DNA of 64,000 nucleotides, from positions 3,238 through 67,237 of the forward strand of contig QCQE01000004.1 of assembly GCA_003212275.1 (NCBI GenBank), read 5' to 3'. The stretch is from Pelagibacteraceae bacterium AG-447-N18 (GTDB taxonomy: Bacteria; Pseudomonadota; Alphaproteobacteria; Pelagibacterales; Pelagibacteraceae). A program made the translations under genes and the position numbers. Under the pieces are notes generated by a model. That model worked only from the letters and a program-made list of their open reading frames with translations. It ran no database searches and was not told the origin of the DNA. Below, piece by piece: positions 27,517-36,858 of the stretch (position 1 is its first letter; each line of letters opens with the position of its first letter).

Positions 27517-27744
27517 TTAAAATGCGAAAAGAATAATCAATGCAACAACTAATCCAAATAATCCTGTTGCTTCTGCAAGAGCAAATCCTAAAAGCAAATT
27601 AGGAAATTGTTTTTGGGCTGCAGATGGATTTCTCATTGCACCAGATAAATAATTTCCAAAAATTATTCCGATACCTACTCCGGCTCCAGCTAAAGCTATA
27701 GCTGCAAGTCCTGCTCCAATCATTTTTGCTGCTTCTAATTCCAT
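27517..27744 (-). CDS. atpE: ATP synthase F0 subunit c
   Basis: 75-aa hairpin with GAGVGIG and the essential E in ALAEATGLF. Confidence 0.95.
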   Translation of the reverse strand: MELEAAKMIGAGLAAIALAGAGVGIGIIFGNYLSGAMRNPSAAQKQFPNLLLGFALAEATGLFGLVVALIILFAF

Positions 27745-27761
27745 TATATCCTCCTTATAAG

Positions 27762-28496
27762 TTAATGGTGTAAATTTAATGCATCATTTAAATAAATGCA
27801 TGTTAAAATTGCAAAAACATAAGCTTGAAGAAAAGCAACTAGTATCTCCAAACCAGTTAAAGCAACTGAAAAACTCAGTGGAAGCCATCCACCAACAATT
27901 CCGAGGCTTACGACAAAGCTCCCGAAAACCTTCATCATAGTGTGTCCAGCCATCATGTTTGCAAACAATCTTACTGATAAGCTGATAGGTCTACTTAAAT
28001 ATGAAATAATTTCAATGACCACAATTAATGGTAAAAGTATGATAGGAACACCACTTGGAACAAATAGTTTTAAGTAACCAAAGCCATGTTTAATAAAGCC
28101 AACAACTGTAACTCCAATAAAAATAAAAGCTGCTAATATGAAAGTTACAATGATATGACTAGTCACTGTAAAAGTGTATGGTATCATACCAAACATGTTA
28201 CAAAACAAAACAAACATAAATAATGAAAAGATAAATGAAAAATATGGTTTAGCTTTTGAACCAGCAGTATCGCTGATCATTTTTGAAACAAATGAATAGC
28301 TTAATTCAGCTAAGAGCTGAATCTTATTCGGAAGTATTGAATTTTTCTTTGAACCGAGGTTGAATATTATTAAAATCGCGAGAGAACTTATGACCATGAA
28401 TAAACTAGCGTTGGTAAAAGAAATATCAAAAGCGCCTACTTTTATTTCTGGACCAATTCTATAAACTTCGAATTGTGTCATTGGGTTAGCTGCCAT
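27762..28496 (-). CDS. atpB: ATP synthase F0 subunit a
   Basis: Conserved LSVRLFANMMAGH (essential Arg). Confidence 0.95.
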   Translation of the reverse strand: MAANPMTQFEVYRIGPEIKVGAFDISFTNASLFMVISSLAILIIFNLGSKKNSILPNKIQLLAELSYSFVSKMISDTAGSKAKPYFSFIFSLFMFVLFCNMFGMIPYTFTVTSHIIVTFILAAFIFIGVTVVGFIKHGFGYLKLFVPSGVPIILLPLIVVIEIISYLSRPISLSVRLFANMMAGHTMMKVFGSFVVSLGIVGGWLPLSFSVALTGLEILVAFLQAYVFAILTCIYLNDALNLHH

Positions 28497-28506
28497 AAAT
28501 CCTTAT

Positions 28507-28782
28507 CTATTTTTGCATTTTTTTTGCGGATTTGATTACATTAATTATCCCTGCAACTACACCTACAAAAAAAAATATTAAAATTAACCAGGGTTTAGTA
28601 CCAAAGGTCTTGTCCAAAAGAAACCCAATAATTGTCCCTACGGCGACTGCTGAAACTAGCTCAGTACTTAGCTTAAAAGCAGTGCCAATTGGAGATTGAT
28701 TATCTTTTTTATTTTCTAGATCTCTTTTTGAAACCTTTTTCTTTGCAATCTCTAAGCGAGTTTTGAATGGATCTTTGGACAT
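28507..28782 (-). CDS. atpI: ATP synthase protein I (AtpI/AtpZ-like)
   Basis: 91 aa with two TM helices; first gene of the F0 operon. Confidence 0.7.
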   Translation of the reverse strand: MSKDPFKTRLEIAKKKVSKRDLENKKDNQSPIGTAFKLSTELVSAVAVGTIIGFLLDKTFGTKPWLILIFFFVGVVAGIINVIKSAKKMQK

Positions 28783-28795
28783 TTTAATTAATTAC

Positions 28796-31192
28796 TTAAG
28801 CAACCATGCTTTCTGCTTTTTGTAAATCAACAGCCACAAGCTGACTTATTCCTTTTTCAGGCATTGTGACGCCATAAAGTCTATTCATTTTTGACATTGT
28901 TAAAGCATGGTGAGTAACAATGATGAATTTGGTATTTGTAATTTTAATTAGTTCTTCAAGCAAGCCACAAAATCTTGTGACGTTAGCATCATCTAAAGGT
29001 GCATCAACCTCATCCAAAACACATATAGGCGAAGGGTTAGTTAAAAAAACTGCAAAAATCAAAGATAGTGCAGTCAAAGCCTGCTCACCACCTGACAATA
29101 AAGTTATTGATTGGAGTCTTTTTCCAGGAGGACTTACTAACATTTCCAAACCAGCTTCTAAAGGGTCATCAGAGTCAACCAATTCAAGCTTAGCATTTCC
29201 ACCATTAAATAATTTTGTATAAACCTCATTAAATTTTCTATTTACCTTGTCAAAAGCCTCAATTAGTCTTTCCCTTCCTTTTTGATTTAATTCATTAATA
29301 CTATCTTTAAGTTTTATAATTGCTGTAACTAAGTCTGCTCTATCTTGTTCCATTTTTTTAATTTCTGTTTCGTATTTTACAGTCTCTTCGTCAGCCTTTA
29401 AGTTAACTGAGCCTAATTTTTCTCTCTCTTGTTTTTTTTTATCCAATAAATCTTCTTGATTAACAGCATCAGGCAGTTCTTCGACACCAAATAAATTTGA
29501 ATTTTCTAAAATGTTTTCTTCCGTAAGATTTAGCTCAGAAATTATTCTATCAACTAAATCATTTTTTCTTTTTTTAAGTCCTTCAATTGTTGCCCCTGAG
29601 CTTGCTTTTCGTTCTCTTATCTGAATAGATTGTTCTTGTATCTCGTTTAGTTGATTTCTAAAAGTGTCAATTTTTTCATCTGTGGTATTGATAATTTGCT
29701 CATTCTCATTTTTTTCATTTTCAGAAATTCTCAAATTTTCTGAAATTTGCCCCTTTTTTTCTGCCTGAAATTTTGGTTGATTATCAAGTTTATCTCGTTG
29801 CACATTAAGTTTATTTTTTCTATCACTTAATTCTGCAACCATTTTTTCCGAATTAGATAAAAGATTTTTCCAACTCTCAATTTCCTTATCAATTATTGCT
29901 ATTCTCTCATTTCTTTTGACAGACTCTCTTTTGATATTTTGATTTTTACTATAACTATCTGCGTACTCTTCGATGACAAATTGGCAATCATCTAGTGATT
30001 TAATTGCATCATCATTTTTTTGTGAATTAATTAATTGTTTAATTTTATCGATTTCTGATTTTAACTTATTCTTGCTATTTTCCAAATCTTCATTCGATTG
30101 TTTCTCAGTTTGATAATATTTTGAGTCTATTTCAATAAGCTCACTTTTTTCTTCTTTCAGTCTTTTTTCATTTGAGTTTGCATCAATCACTATTCCTCTT
30201 TCTCTACTAATATCATCATCTATTGTTTGTAGAGATTTTTTTACGTTTTCTATTTCGTCTTGAATTCTACTATTTTCCTCATCAAGACTTTTTAGTTCTA
30301 AGTTTAGCCTTTGTATTTTTGATAAATTTTCAATATTTTTTTCTCGTAGAGGCGTTATTTTATCAACCTCAGTTTTAATCAGTTTCTCTAATTCGTTTAT
30401 TTTATTGTTAAAACCACTTACCTCAGTTTCTGCTTCTGTATTAATTTCATTTTCTATTTTAATTTCTTTATCGATCTCTAGTAATTTTAGATAATATAGT
30501 CCTGCTTCAATTTTTTTTATTTCATCAGAAATATTTTTATATTTTGTAGCCTCTTCAGCCTGTTTTTGTAAATTTGCTAGTTGCCTTTCCTGTTGCCTTC
30601 TTAATTCATCAGCTCTCTTTAGATTATTTTCTGCAGCGCTCAACCTTAGTTCAGCTTCATGTCTTCTAACATGTAATCCTGAAATTCCTGCAGCTTCCTC
30701 TAAAATTGCTCTTCTATCAGTAGGTTTTGCAGTAACAAGGGCACCAATTCTGCCCTGACTAATCATTGATGGAGAGTGAGCTCCAGTTGATAAATCTGCG
30801 AAAAACATTTGAGCATCCCTTGCTCTAACTTCTTTATCATTGATATAAAACTTCGAACCTTTATCTTTTTCTATTTTTCTTCTAACATTTATTTCGTCTA
30901 ACTCTCTAAATTGCACTGGACCCTCGTTATTTTCGTTGGCAACTGTTACTGAAACTTCAGCAATATTTTTAGAGGGTTTATTTGATGTTCCTGAAAATAT
31001 GACATCTTCCATGCCTGATCCTCGCATGCTTTTTGCAGATGTTTCACCCATTACCCATCTTAAAGATTCAACAATATTTGATTTTCCGCAACCATTTGGG
31101 CCAACAATGCCTGTTAAACCATTTTCAATTAAGAAATTAGTTTTATCTGCAAATGACTTAAATCCATTGAGTTGGATTTTTTTAAACTCCAT
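28796..31192 (-). CDS. smc: SMC-family chromosome condensation ATPase, unusually short (798 aa)
   Basis: N-terminal Walker A GPNGCGKSN, EEAAGISG, C-terminal LGSVNL...LSGGEQALTALSL...VLDEVDAPLD. Only about 390 aa lie between the head halves. Confidence 0.85.
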   Translation of the reverse strand: MEFKKIQLNGFKSFADKTNFLIENGLTGIVGPNGCGKSNIVESLRWVMGETSAKSMRGSGMEDVIFSGTSNKPSKNIAEVSVTVANENNEGPVQFRELDEINVRRKIEKDKGSKFYINDKEVRARDAQMFFADLSTGAHSPSMISQGRIGALVTAKPTDRRAILEEAAGISGLHVRRHEAELRLSAAENNLKRADELRRQQERQLANLQKQAEEATKYKNISDEIKKIEAGLYYLKLLEIDKEIKIENEINTEAETEVSGFNNKINELEKLIKTEVDKITPLREKNIENLSKIQRLNLELKSLDEENSRIQDEIENVKKSLQTIDDDISRERGIVIDANSNEKRLKEEKSELIEIDSKYYQTEKQSNEDLENSKNKLKSEIDKIKQLINSQKNDDAIKSLDDCQFVIEEYADSYSKNQNIKRESVKRNERIAIIDKEIESWKNLLSNSEKMVAELSDRKNKLNVQRDKLDNQPKFQAEKKGQISENLRISENEKNENEQIINTTDEKIDTFRNQLNEIQEQSIQIRERKASSGATIEGLKKRKNDLVDRIISELNLTEENILENSNLFGVEELPDAVNQEDLLDKKKQEREKLGSVNLKADEETVKYETEIKKMEQDRADLVTAIIKLKDSINELNQKGRERLIEAFDKVNRKFNEVYTKLFNGGNAKLELVDSDDPLEAGLEMLVSPPGKRLQSITLLSGGEQALTALSLIFAVFLTNPSPICVLDEVDAPLDDANVTRFCGLLEELIKITNTKFIIVTHHALTMSKMNRLYGVTMPEKGISQLVAVDLQKAESMVA

Positions 31193-31200
31193 GGATTAAC

Positions 31201-31776
31201 TTATATCAGCTTTTCCAATGTTTTTTTTAAATTTTTATAATTAAGAGATTTTTCGAACTTTTCGTTATTAATTATTATCGTAGGAGTAGAATTAACTTTA
31301 AAATTTTTTGTCCCCTCGATTCGATCATTTAAAACATAGTCCTCTATTTCTTTGTTGTTAATACATTTTTCAAAATCAATATCAAACCCAGCTTTTTTTA
31401 GAAATTCTTTCAAATTATTATTTACTTCTTCTATTTCCTTACCTTTTATCCAAGCTTGTTGATTAGAGTAAAGTTTTTCCAAAATTTCTAAGCTTTGATC
31501 TTGTTTACACAGAGAAATTTTTGAAGCATTTAAAGCAGCAATATCTAAAGGAAAGTGTCTAAATTCTATTTTGACTAGTCCTGTATCTATGAAATCTTTT
31601 TTGAGAGAGGGATAAACATCTTTATGAAAATTTGCACAATGACTACATGTTAGAGACTCGTAGGCAATTATTGTAATCTTCGCATTTTGATTTCCTGAAA
31701 CTATTCTCTTTATTTCTGCGTTAGCACTAGTACTTAATCCAAAAATTAATATTAAAAATAGAAATAATTTATTCAT
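31201..31776 (-). CDS. DsbA-family thiol:disulfide oxidoreductase (periplasmic)
   Basis: Signal peptide and CSHC active site. Confidence 0.85.
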   Translation of the reverse strand: MNKLFLFLILIFGLSTSANAEIKRIVSGNQNAKITIIAYESLTCSHCANFHKDVYPSLKKDFIDTGLVKIEFRHFPLDIAALNASKISLCKQDQSLEILEKLYSNQQAWIKGKEIEEVNNNLKEFLKKAGFDIDFEKCINNKEIEDYVLNDRIEGTKNFKVNSTPTIIINNEKFEKSLNYKNLKKTLEKLI

Positions 31777-32261
31777 TTTTCTTTAAAAACTTTAGTTAAT
31801 TCAATTAAAGAATTTTTGATTTCTTCATTTTTAACATCATTAAGTTTATTTTTATATTTATTGTTTGTCACAGGTTTATTCTGAATTATCTTCTGATTGT
31901 CTATTTTATTTTCATCGTTAAAACTTGTAAATTTAATCCGTTTTACAACTTCATCTTTAAAAAAAGCATTCATTCTATCCATAATTTCTTTTTTTGAATA
32001 TTCTAACTCAACTTCATGACCTCTTTGCACCATTATTAAGAGCGTGCTTACACTGAACTTGTTAGTATTCTTAAAAGACTTTGGATAACAAACTTTAAAT
32101 AATTTTTCACCAGCAATGAATTTCCAATTATTGAGTGTTTCGGAATAAATATGACCTCTTTTATTAATAAACTTTTTAATATTTTTTGGCAAAGTGTCAT
32201 TGAAAGACCTTAATCCTTGAATGCTACCAGTTCTCTGCTTAATATATTTTTTATATTGCAT
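31773..32261 (-). CDS. DUF721 (DciA-like) protein
   Basis: NWKFIAGEKLFKVCYP...LLIMVQRGHEVELEY pattern. I start at ATG 32261, which abuts the divergent mutY ATG (CATATG). The mutY/DUF721/dsbA/smc neighbourhood is conserved in alphaproteobacteria as I recall it. Confidence 0.7.
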   Translation of the reverse strand: MQYKKYIKQRTGSIQGLRSFNDTLPKNIKKFINKRGHIYSETLNNWKFIAGEKLFKVCYPKSFKNTNKFSVSTLLIMVQRGHEVELEYSKKEIMDRMNAFFKDEVVKRIKFTSFNDENKIDNQKIIQNKPVTNNKYKNKLNDVKNEEIKNSLIELTKVFKEK

Positions 32262-33245
32262 ATGAAAGATCAATTTGTAACAAAAAAAATTCTTAATTGG
32301 TACGATTTAAATAAAAGATCATTACCATGGCGAAAAAATGTTTCACCCACTAAAAAGCAATATTTTACATTAGTAAGTGAATTTATGTTACAACAAACTC
32401 AGGTTGCAACAGTTATTCCTTATTTTAATCGCTTCATTAAAAACATTCCAAATCTTAGCTCACTTGCCAAAACTAGTGACAAAAAATTATATAAACTCTG
32501 GGAAGGTCTTGGATATTATTCTAGAGTAAAAAATTTAAGAAAAACTGCTCAAGTTGTAAAAAAAAATTTTCAAGGGAAATTACCAGATACTTTTGACGAT
32601 TTAATTTCTTTACCAGGAATTGGAAATTATACCGCAAGTGCAATTTTGGCGATTGCATTTAATAAGTCTTTCATACCGCTAGATGGAAATGTTGAAAGAG
32701 TTTTAAAAAGATATCTTTTTCTAAAAAAAGAAAAAGAAATTACTAAGGAAAATCTCCACAAAAAAAAATCAATATTAGGAACATCCCCGAGGTCTAGCGA
32801 TTATGCGCAGGCTTTAATGGAATTAGGGGCTTTGATTTGTAAACCTGCAAATCCCAACTGTTTAAAATGTCCAATCTCAAAAAAATGTGAATCATTTCGT
32901 AAAAAAGATTTCAAACTTGTAAAGAACAGTAAAAAAAATATAGATAAGTATTTTATTTTAAATGTTTATAAAAAAGATAAAAAATATCTGTTGGTTAAAA
33001 ATACAAAATTTAAATTTCTCAAAAACTTAAGAATATTTCCAATGCAGGAATTATCTAAACCCAAAAAATTTAATAAAACGATAAATTTTAAAATGTCCAA
33101 CATGAATATGAATATCAAAATTCAATATCCAAAAATTGTTAGAGAAATATCCTCTTCTTATTGGGTTGATCAAAAAAAAATTGGTAATTCTATGTTGCCA
33201 ACATTTACAAAAAAAGTTGTTAAGTATTTAGAGAGCAACTTATGA
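32262..33245 (+). CDS. mutY: A/G-specific adenine DNA glycosylase
   Basis: LPWR..., LMLQQTQV, GLGYYSR, HhH LPGIGNYTA, and 4Fe-4S Cys cluster C..C..C....C. I prefer start ATG 32262 over the track's 32217. Confidence 0.9.
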   Translation: MKDQFVTKKILNWYDLNKRSLPWRKNVSPTKKQYFTLVSEFMLQQTQVATVIPYFNRFIKNIPNLSSLAKTSDKKLYKLWEGLGYYSRVKNLRKTAQVVKKNFQGKLPDTFDDLISLPGIGNYTASAILAIAFNKSFIPLDGNVERVLKRYLFLKKEKEITKENLHKKKSILGTSPRSSDYAQALMELGALICKPANPNCLKCPISKKCESFRKKDFKLVKNSKKNIDKYFILNVYKKDKKYLLVKNTKFKFLKNLRIFPMQELSKPKKFNKTINFKMSNMNMNIKIQYPKIVREISSSYWVDQKKIGNSMLPTFTKKVVKYLESNL

Positions 33246-34384
33246 AAAAAATAGCCATTATTGGAGCTGGTATTTCAGGATTATTTATTGCTAATTTGTT
33301 CAAGAAAAACTCAGATTATCAAGTGGCAATTTATGAGAAAAGTAATTCGATTAATCTTGAGGAAGGTTATGGAATTCAATTATCCGTTAATAGTGTGAAG
33401 CTTTTAAATGAAATTGAATTTAATAAATTTGAAAATGCAAGAAAGTTTAATCCAAAAAAGATTATTTTTTTTTCATCTAAAAACTTCAAAAAGATATGTG
33501 ATTTGAATATCTCTGATTTTAATTCAGAGAATTGTCAGTACACTACTTTGAAAAGATCTGATTTAATAAATTTTTTGAAAAAGGATATAGAAAATTTAAT
33601 TAAATTTAATCATAATGTCTCGAGTATAAATAAAGAAAATCAGAAAATTCAACTTACTTTTGAGAACAATGAAATTTTTGAATGTGATTATTTAATCATT
33701 TCAGATGGAGTTTTTTCAAAAAGTAGAAGTTTGATTTCCAACAATAAAAGTCAACCAAAATACAACAACACACTAGCCATCAGAGGAAAGATAACAAATT
33801 TTTCTGAAATCGATAATGAAAATATTTCATTATTTTTAGGCTCTGATTTTCATCAGGTAATTTATCCAGTAAATCAAAATGGAGACTTAAATTTTATAGC
33901 AATTATGAAGTATGAACTTACTTTAGAACAACAAAAAAATTATTCTTTATTCAAAGAAAATTCCTTCATAAGAAAAGTTTTAGAAAAGGTTCCAAAAGAA
34001 AATAAAGAATTTTTTGATAAAATTCAGGAATTAAAAATATTCCCAGTATTTGTTAGCAAGGACTTTTTTAAAACAAATAATGATAACATTAATTTTATAG
34101 GTGATGCTTTTTTTGCTTTTCCACCTTCATTTGCTCAAGGGGCATCTCAATCCATAGAGGGTGCCTATGAATTATTTAAAAGTATTGAAAATAACTTAGA
34201 AGGGGATTTCTTTAAGAATAGAGTTAATAAAACTAAAATGGTTAATAAAAGATCTAAACTAAATCAATTCGCATTTCATTTGTCTAATCCTGTGGCTGTT
34301 TTTTTTAGAAATATTTTTTTGAAAAAATTTATTAAAAACAAAAAGTTTTTAGATTCTTATTTAGGTAAAATTTATGATAATTAA
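33242..34384 (+). CDS. FAD-dependent monooxygenase (salicylate hydroxylase/UbiH-like)
   Basis: IIGAGISGL dinucleotide motif and GDAFFAFPPSFAQGASQSIEGA motif. Confidence 0.75.
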   Translation: MKKIAIIGAGISGLFIANLFKKNSDYQVAIYEKSNSINLEEGYGIQLSVNSVKLLNEIEFNKFENARKFNPKKIIFFSSKNFKKICDLNISDFNSENCQYTTLKRSDLINFLKKDIENLIKFNHNVSSINKENQKIQLTFENNEIFECDYLIISDGVFSKSRSLISNNKSQPKYNNTLAIRGKITNFSEIDNENISLFLGSDFHQVIYPVNQNGDLNFIAIMKYELTLEQQKNYSLFKENSFIRKVLEKVPKENKEFFDKIQELKIFPVFVSKDFFKTNNDNINFIGDAFFAFPPSFAQGASQSIEGAYELFKSIENNLEGDFFKNRVNKTKMVNKRSKLNQFAFHLSNPVAVFFRNIFLKKFIKNKKFLDSYLGKIYDN

Positions 34385-35451
34385 TTTTTTGAAATTAATC
34401 TTTGTCTTAAATTATCTATAGGCACTATTTGCCCATTAAGATTATAATGCCAATAAGTCCAGCCATTACAACTTTCTGCTCCTAATATTGATGCAGCTAC
34501 CTTGTGAATAGAGCCCTCTTTTTTGGCATGTTTTATACTTCCATCAGCCATAATTTTTGCACTGATTTTCTTTTTATTATCAAAAATAGTAGTGCCTGGC
34601 TTAATTATTCCTAATTCAACCAATGACCCAAAAGGTACTCTTGGCTTAGATCTACCATTTTGCAAAGTATCTAAATAATCATCTTCTATAGGTTTTGTAT
34701 TTTTTAGTCGTTGTTCAGCTGCCTTATGATAGGTTTTTTCTTTTTCAATTCCGTAATAATTTCTACCCAATTTTTTTGCAACCGCTGCTGTTGTTCCTGA
34801 TCCTAAAAAAGGATCTAAAACTAAATCATTTTTATTTGAGGTTGCTAATAAAATTCTGTGAAGTAGAGCCTCAGGTTTTTGAGTAGAATGCACTTTTTTA
34901 CCATTCTTTTTAAGTCTTTCAGAACCATTACAAATCGGCAACTCCCAGTTCGATCTCATTTGAAGATCATCATTTAAACATTTTAAAGATTGATAATTAA
35001 AAGTGTATTTTGATTTTTCTGATTTTGATGCCCAAATCAACGTTTCATGTGCATTAGTAAAACGTGTCCCTCTGAAATTTGGCATGGGATTTTTTTTATT
35101 CCAGATGACATCATTTAAAATCCAAAAACCTAAATTTTGAATAGCGGTGCCAACTCTAAAAATGTTATGGTAACTGCCAATCACCCAAATAGCACCATTT
35201 TTTTTCAAAATTCTTTTACATTCAGTTAACCACAAGTAGGTAAATTCATCATACTTTTTAAAATTTTTAAATTGATCCCATTTATCATTGACTGCATTTA
35301 CCTTAGACCTATCGGGTCTTATAAGCTCATTTCTTAATTGTAAGTTGTAAGGAGGGTCAGCAAAAATTAAATCAAAAGTCTCACTAGGGATTTTTTTAAG
35401 TTCCCTTAAACTATCTCCATTTATTAATTTATTTTTAAAGTCCAAATTCAT
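34381..35451 (-). CDS. ccrM: N6-adenine DNA methyltransferase, CcrM-like (beta class)
   Basis: DLIFADPPYN catalytic motif near the N-terminus, VLDPFLGSGTT SAM motif, and a C-terminal extension as in CcrM. I start at ATG 35451. Confidence 0.88.
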   Translation of the reverse strand: MNLDFKNKLINGDSLRELKKIPSETFDLIFADPPYNLQLRNELIRPDRSKVNAVNDKWDQFKNFKKYDEFTYLWLTECKRILKKNGAIWVIGSYHNIFRVGTAIQNLGFWILNDVIWNKKNPMPNFRGTRFTNAHETLIWASKSEKSKYTFNYQSLKCLNDDLQMRSNWELPICNGSERLKKNGKKVHSTQKPEALLHRILLATSNKNDLVLDPFLGSGTTAAVAKKLGRNYYGIEKEKTYHKAAEQRLKNTKPIEDDYLDTLQNGRSKPRVPFGSLVELGIIKPGTTIFDNKKKISAKIMADGSIKHAKKEGSIHKVAASILGAESCNGWTYWHYNLNGQIVPIDNLRQRLISKN

Positions 35452-35570
35452 TTTATAAAAATAAATTAGACTCCAAAAAGATTCTTGGGTCAACCTAGGA
35501 TTGAATTATTTGGATTCCATTTGTATGATGGTGGTTCACAACAACTACATCTGGTGTTTCTACGTGAAAC

Positions 35571-36131
35571 CTATTTTAACTTGCTGATCGGTGAAAAGGT
35601 TTTTCTATGGTGAGAAGTAATCCCAAATTTTTTTATAGCTTTAAGATGTTGTTTAGTTCCATATCCATAATTTTTACTCCAGTAATAATTTTTAAATTTC
35701 TTACCTAATTTAGAGATCATTTTATCACGTGTAACTTTTGCTATGATTGATGCTGCAGAAATAGATGGTATTTTTTGATCACCTTTAATGACTGATTGAA
35801 GTTTATAATTTTTTAAATTTGGTGTTTTATTTCCATCGACCAAAATTAGTTTTGGTTTTTTTTTGAGTTTTTTAATTGCTCTTTCCATAGCCAATAGACT
35901 TGCATGAAGAATATTTATTTTTTCAATTTCTGAGACAGAAGCTTTACCTGTAGCCCAAATAGAGTTTTTTTTAATGTATTTAGCTAAAAATTCTCGTTTA
36001 TTTTTTTTTAAACTTTTTGAGTCTTTCAATAACTTCTTATTGATGGTCTTGTTCAATATTACGGCTGCTGCATAAACAGGTCCAATTAAGCTACCCCTGC
36101 CAACTTCATCAACTCCAGCAATAGTTTTCAT
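35571..36131 (-). CDS. rnhB: Ribonuclease HII
   Basis: AGVDEVGRGSLIGPV and DSK active-site motifs; 186 aa. Confidence 0.92.
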   Translation of the reverse strand: MKTIAGVDEVGRGSLIGPVYAAAVILNKTINKKLLKDSKSLKKNKREFLAKYIKKNSIWATGKASVSEIEKINILHASLLAMERAIKKLKKKPKLILVDGNKTPNLKNYKLQSVIKGDQKIPSISAASIIAKVTRDKMISKLGKKFKNYYWSKNYGYGTKQHLKAIKKFGITSHHRKTFSPISKLK

Positions 36132-36847
36132 TAAATCCTAATATTTAAATCTTGAATTTTTTGTTTAATTTTTTTTAGATCTTCCCATGAAAATTTTTTA
36201 TTTTCTGGAAATCTAATTAGATAGGAGGGGCTAAAAGAAATCATGATAGGAATAGTTTTGTTCTTTAAAATTATTTCTTTCCACTTACCTCTTTCATTAG
36301 ATATTTTACTTAATCCAGTAATTGCCTCCATTGCTGTGCTGCCCATTAAAATTAAAATTTTTGGATCTATTATTGCAATGTGTTCTTTTAAAAATATTGC
36401 ATAACGTTTTATCTCCTGTGCAGTGGGTTTTCTATCTTCTGGTGGTCTGAAATTAATTGAGTAGGTAGTGTAAATATTTTCTCTTTTTATATTGATTGCT
36501 AGTAACATTTTGTTCAAGAGATTGCCCACTTCTCCTTGAAAGCATAAACCTGTTTCATCCTCTATTTCGCCTGGAGTCTCTCCAATTAACATCACATCAG
36601 CATTAATGTTACCTTCGCCCAGGACCAAATTCTTAGAATTATTTTTTAAATTACAATTTTCAATTGAATTAATCTTTGTTTTAAGATCATTTAGCAATTT
36701 TTTTTTATTTATTGAGGTGTTTTTATTTTCAGTTAAATTGACTTTAAATCTATTGATTGGTTTATCGCTAAAAACAAAATCAGTTTCAATTGTTTTCATG
36801 AATTCTTGAGCATATTTAGCATTTTGATTTAAAGTCTTTTTAATCAT
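36131..36847 (-). CDS. Uracil-DNA glycosylase, family 4
   Basis: LIGETPGEIEDETGLCFQGEVGNLL family-4 motif, with an N-terminal extension. Confidence 0.85.
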   Translation of the reverse strand: MIKKTLNQNAKYAQEFMKTIETDFVFSDKPINRFKVNLTENKNTSINKKKLLNDLKTKINSIENCNLKNNSKNLVLGEGNINADVMLIGETPGEIEDETGLCFQGEVGNLLNKMLLAINIKRENIYTTYSINFRPPEDRKPTAQEIKRYAIFLKEHIAIIDPKILILMGSTAMEAITGLSKISNERGKWKEIILKNKTIPIMISFSPSYLIRFPENKKFSWEDLKKIKQKIQDLNIRI

Positions 36848-36858
36848 ACAATGTAGTA

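Noticed and set aside
34381-35451. DNA methyltransferase as part of a restriction-modification or other defence system
   Set aside because: The beta-class DPPY enzyme has a CcrM-type C-terminal extension. It sits among housekeeping repair genes (mutY, rnhB, udg) and has no adjacent endonuclease or specificity gene. This is consistent with the orphan cell-cycle methylase of alphaproteobacteria.
35494-35570. Possible regulatory hairpin (GGTGTTTCtacgtGAAACC) and a GANTC site between ccrM and rnhB
   Set aside because: The stem is short with a bulge, there is only one GANTC (GATTC), and I could find no CtrA-type TTAA-N7-TTAA box. This is too weak to report as a feature.
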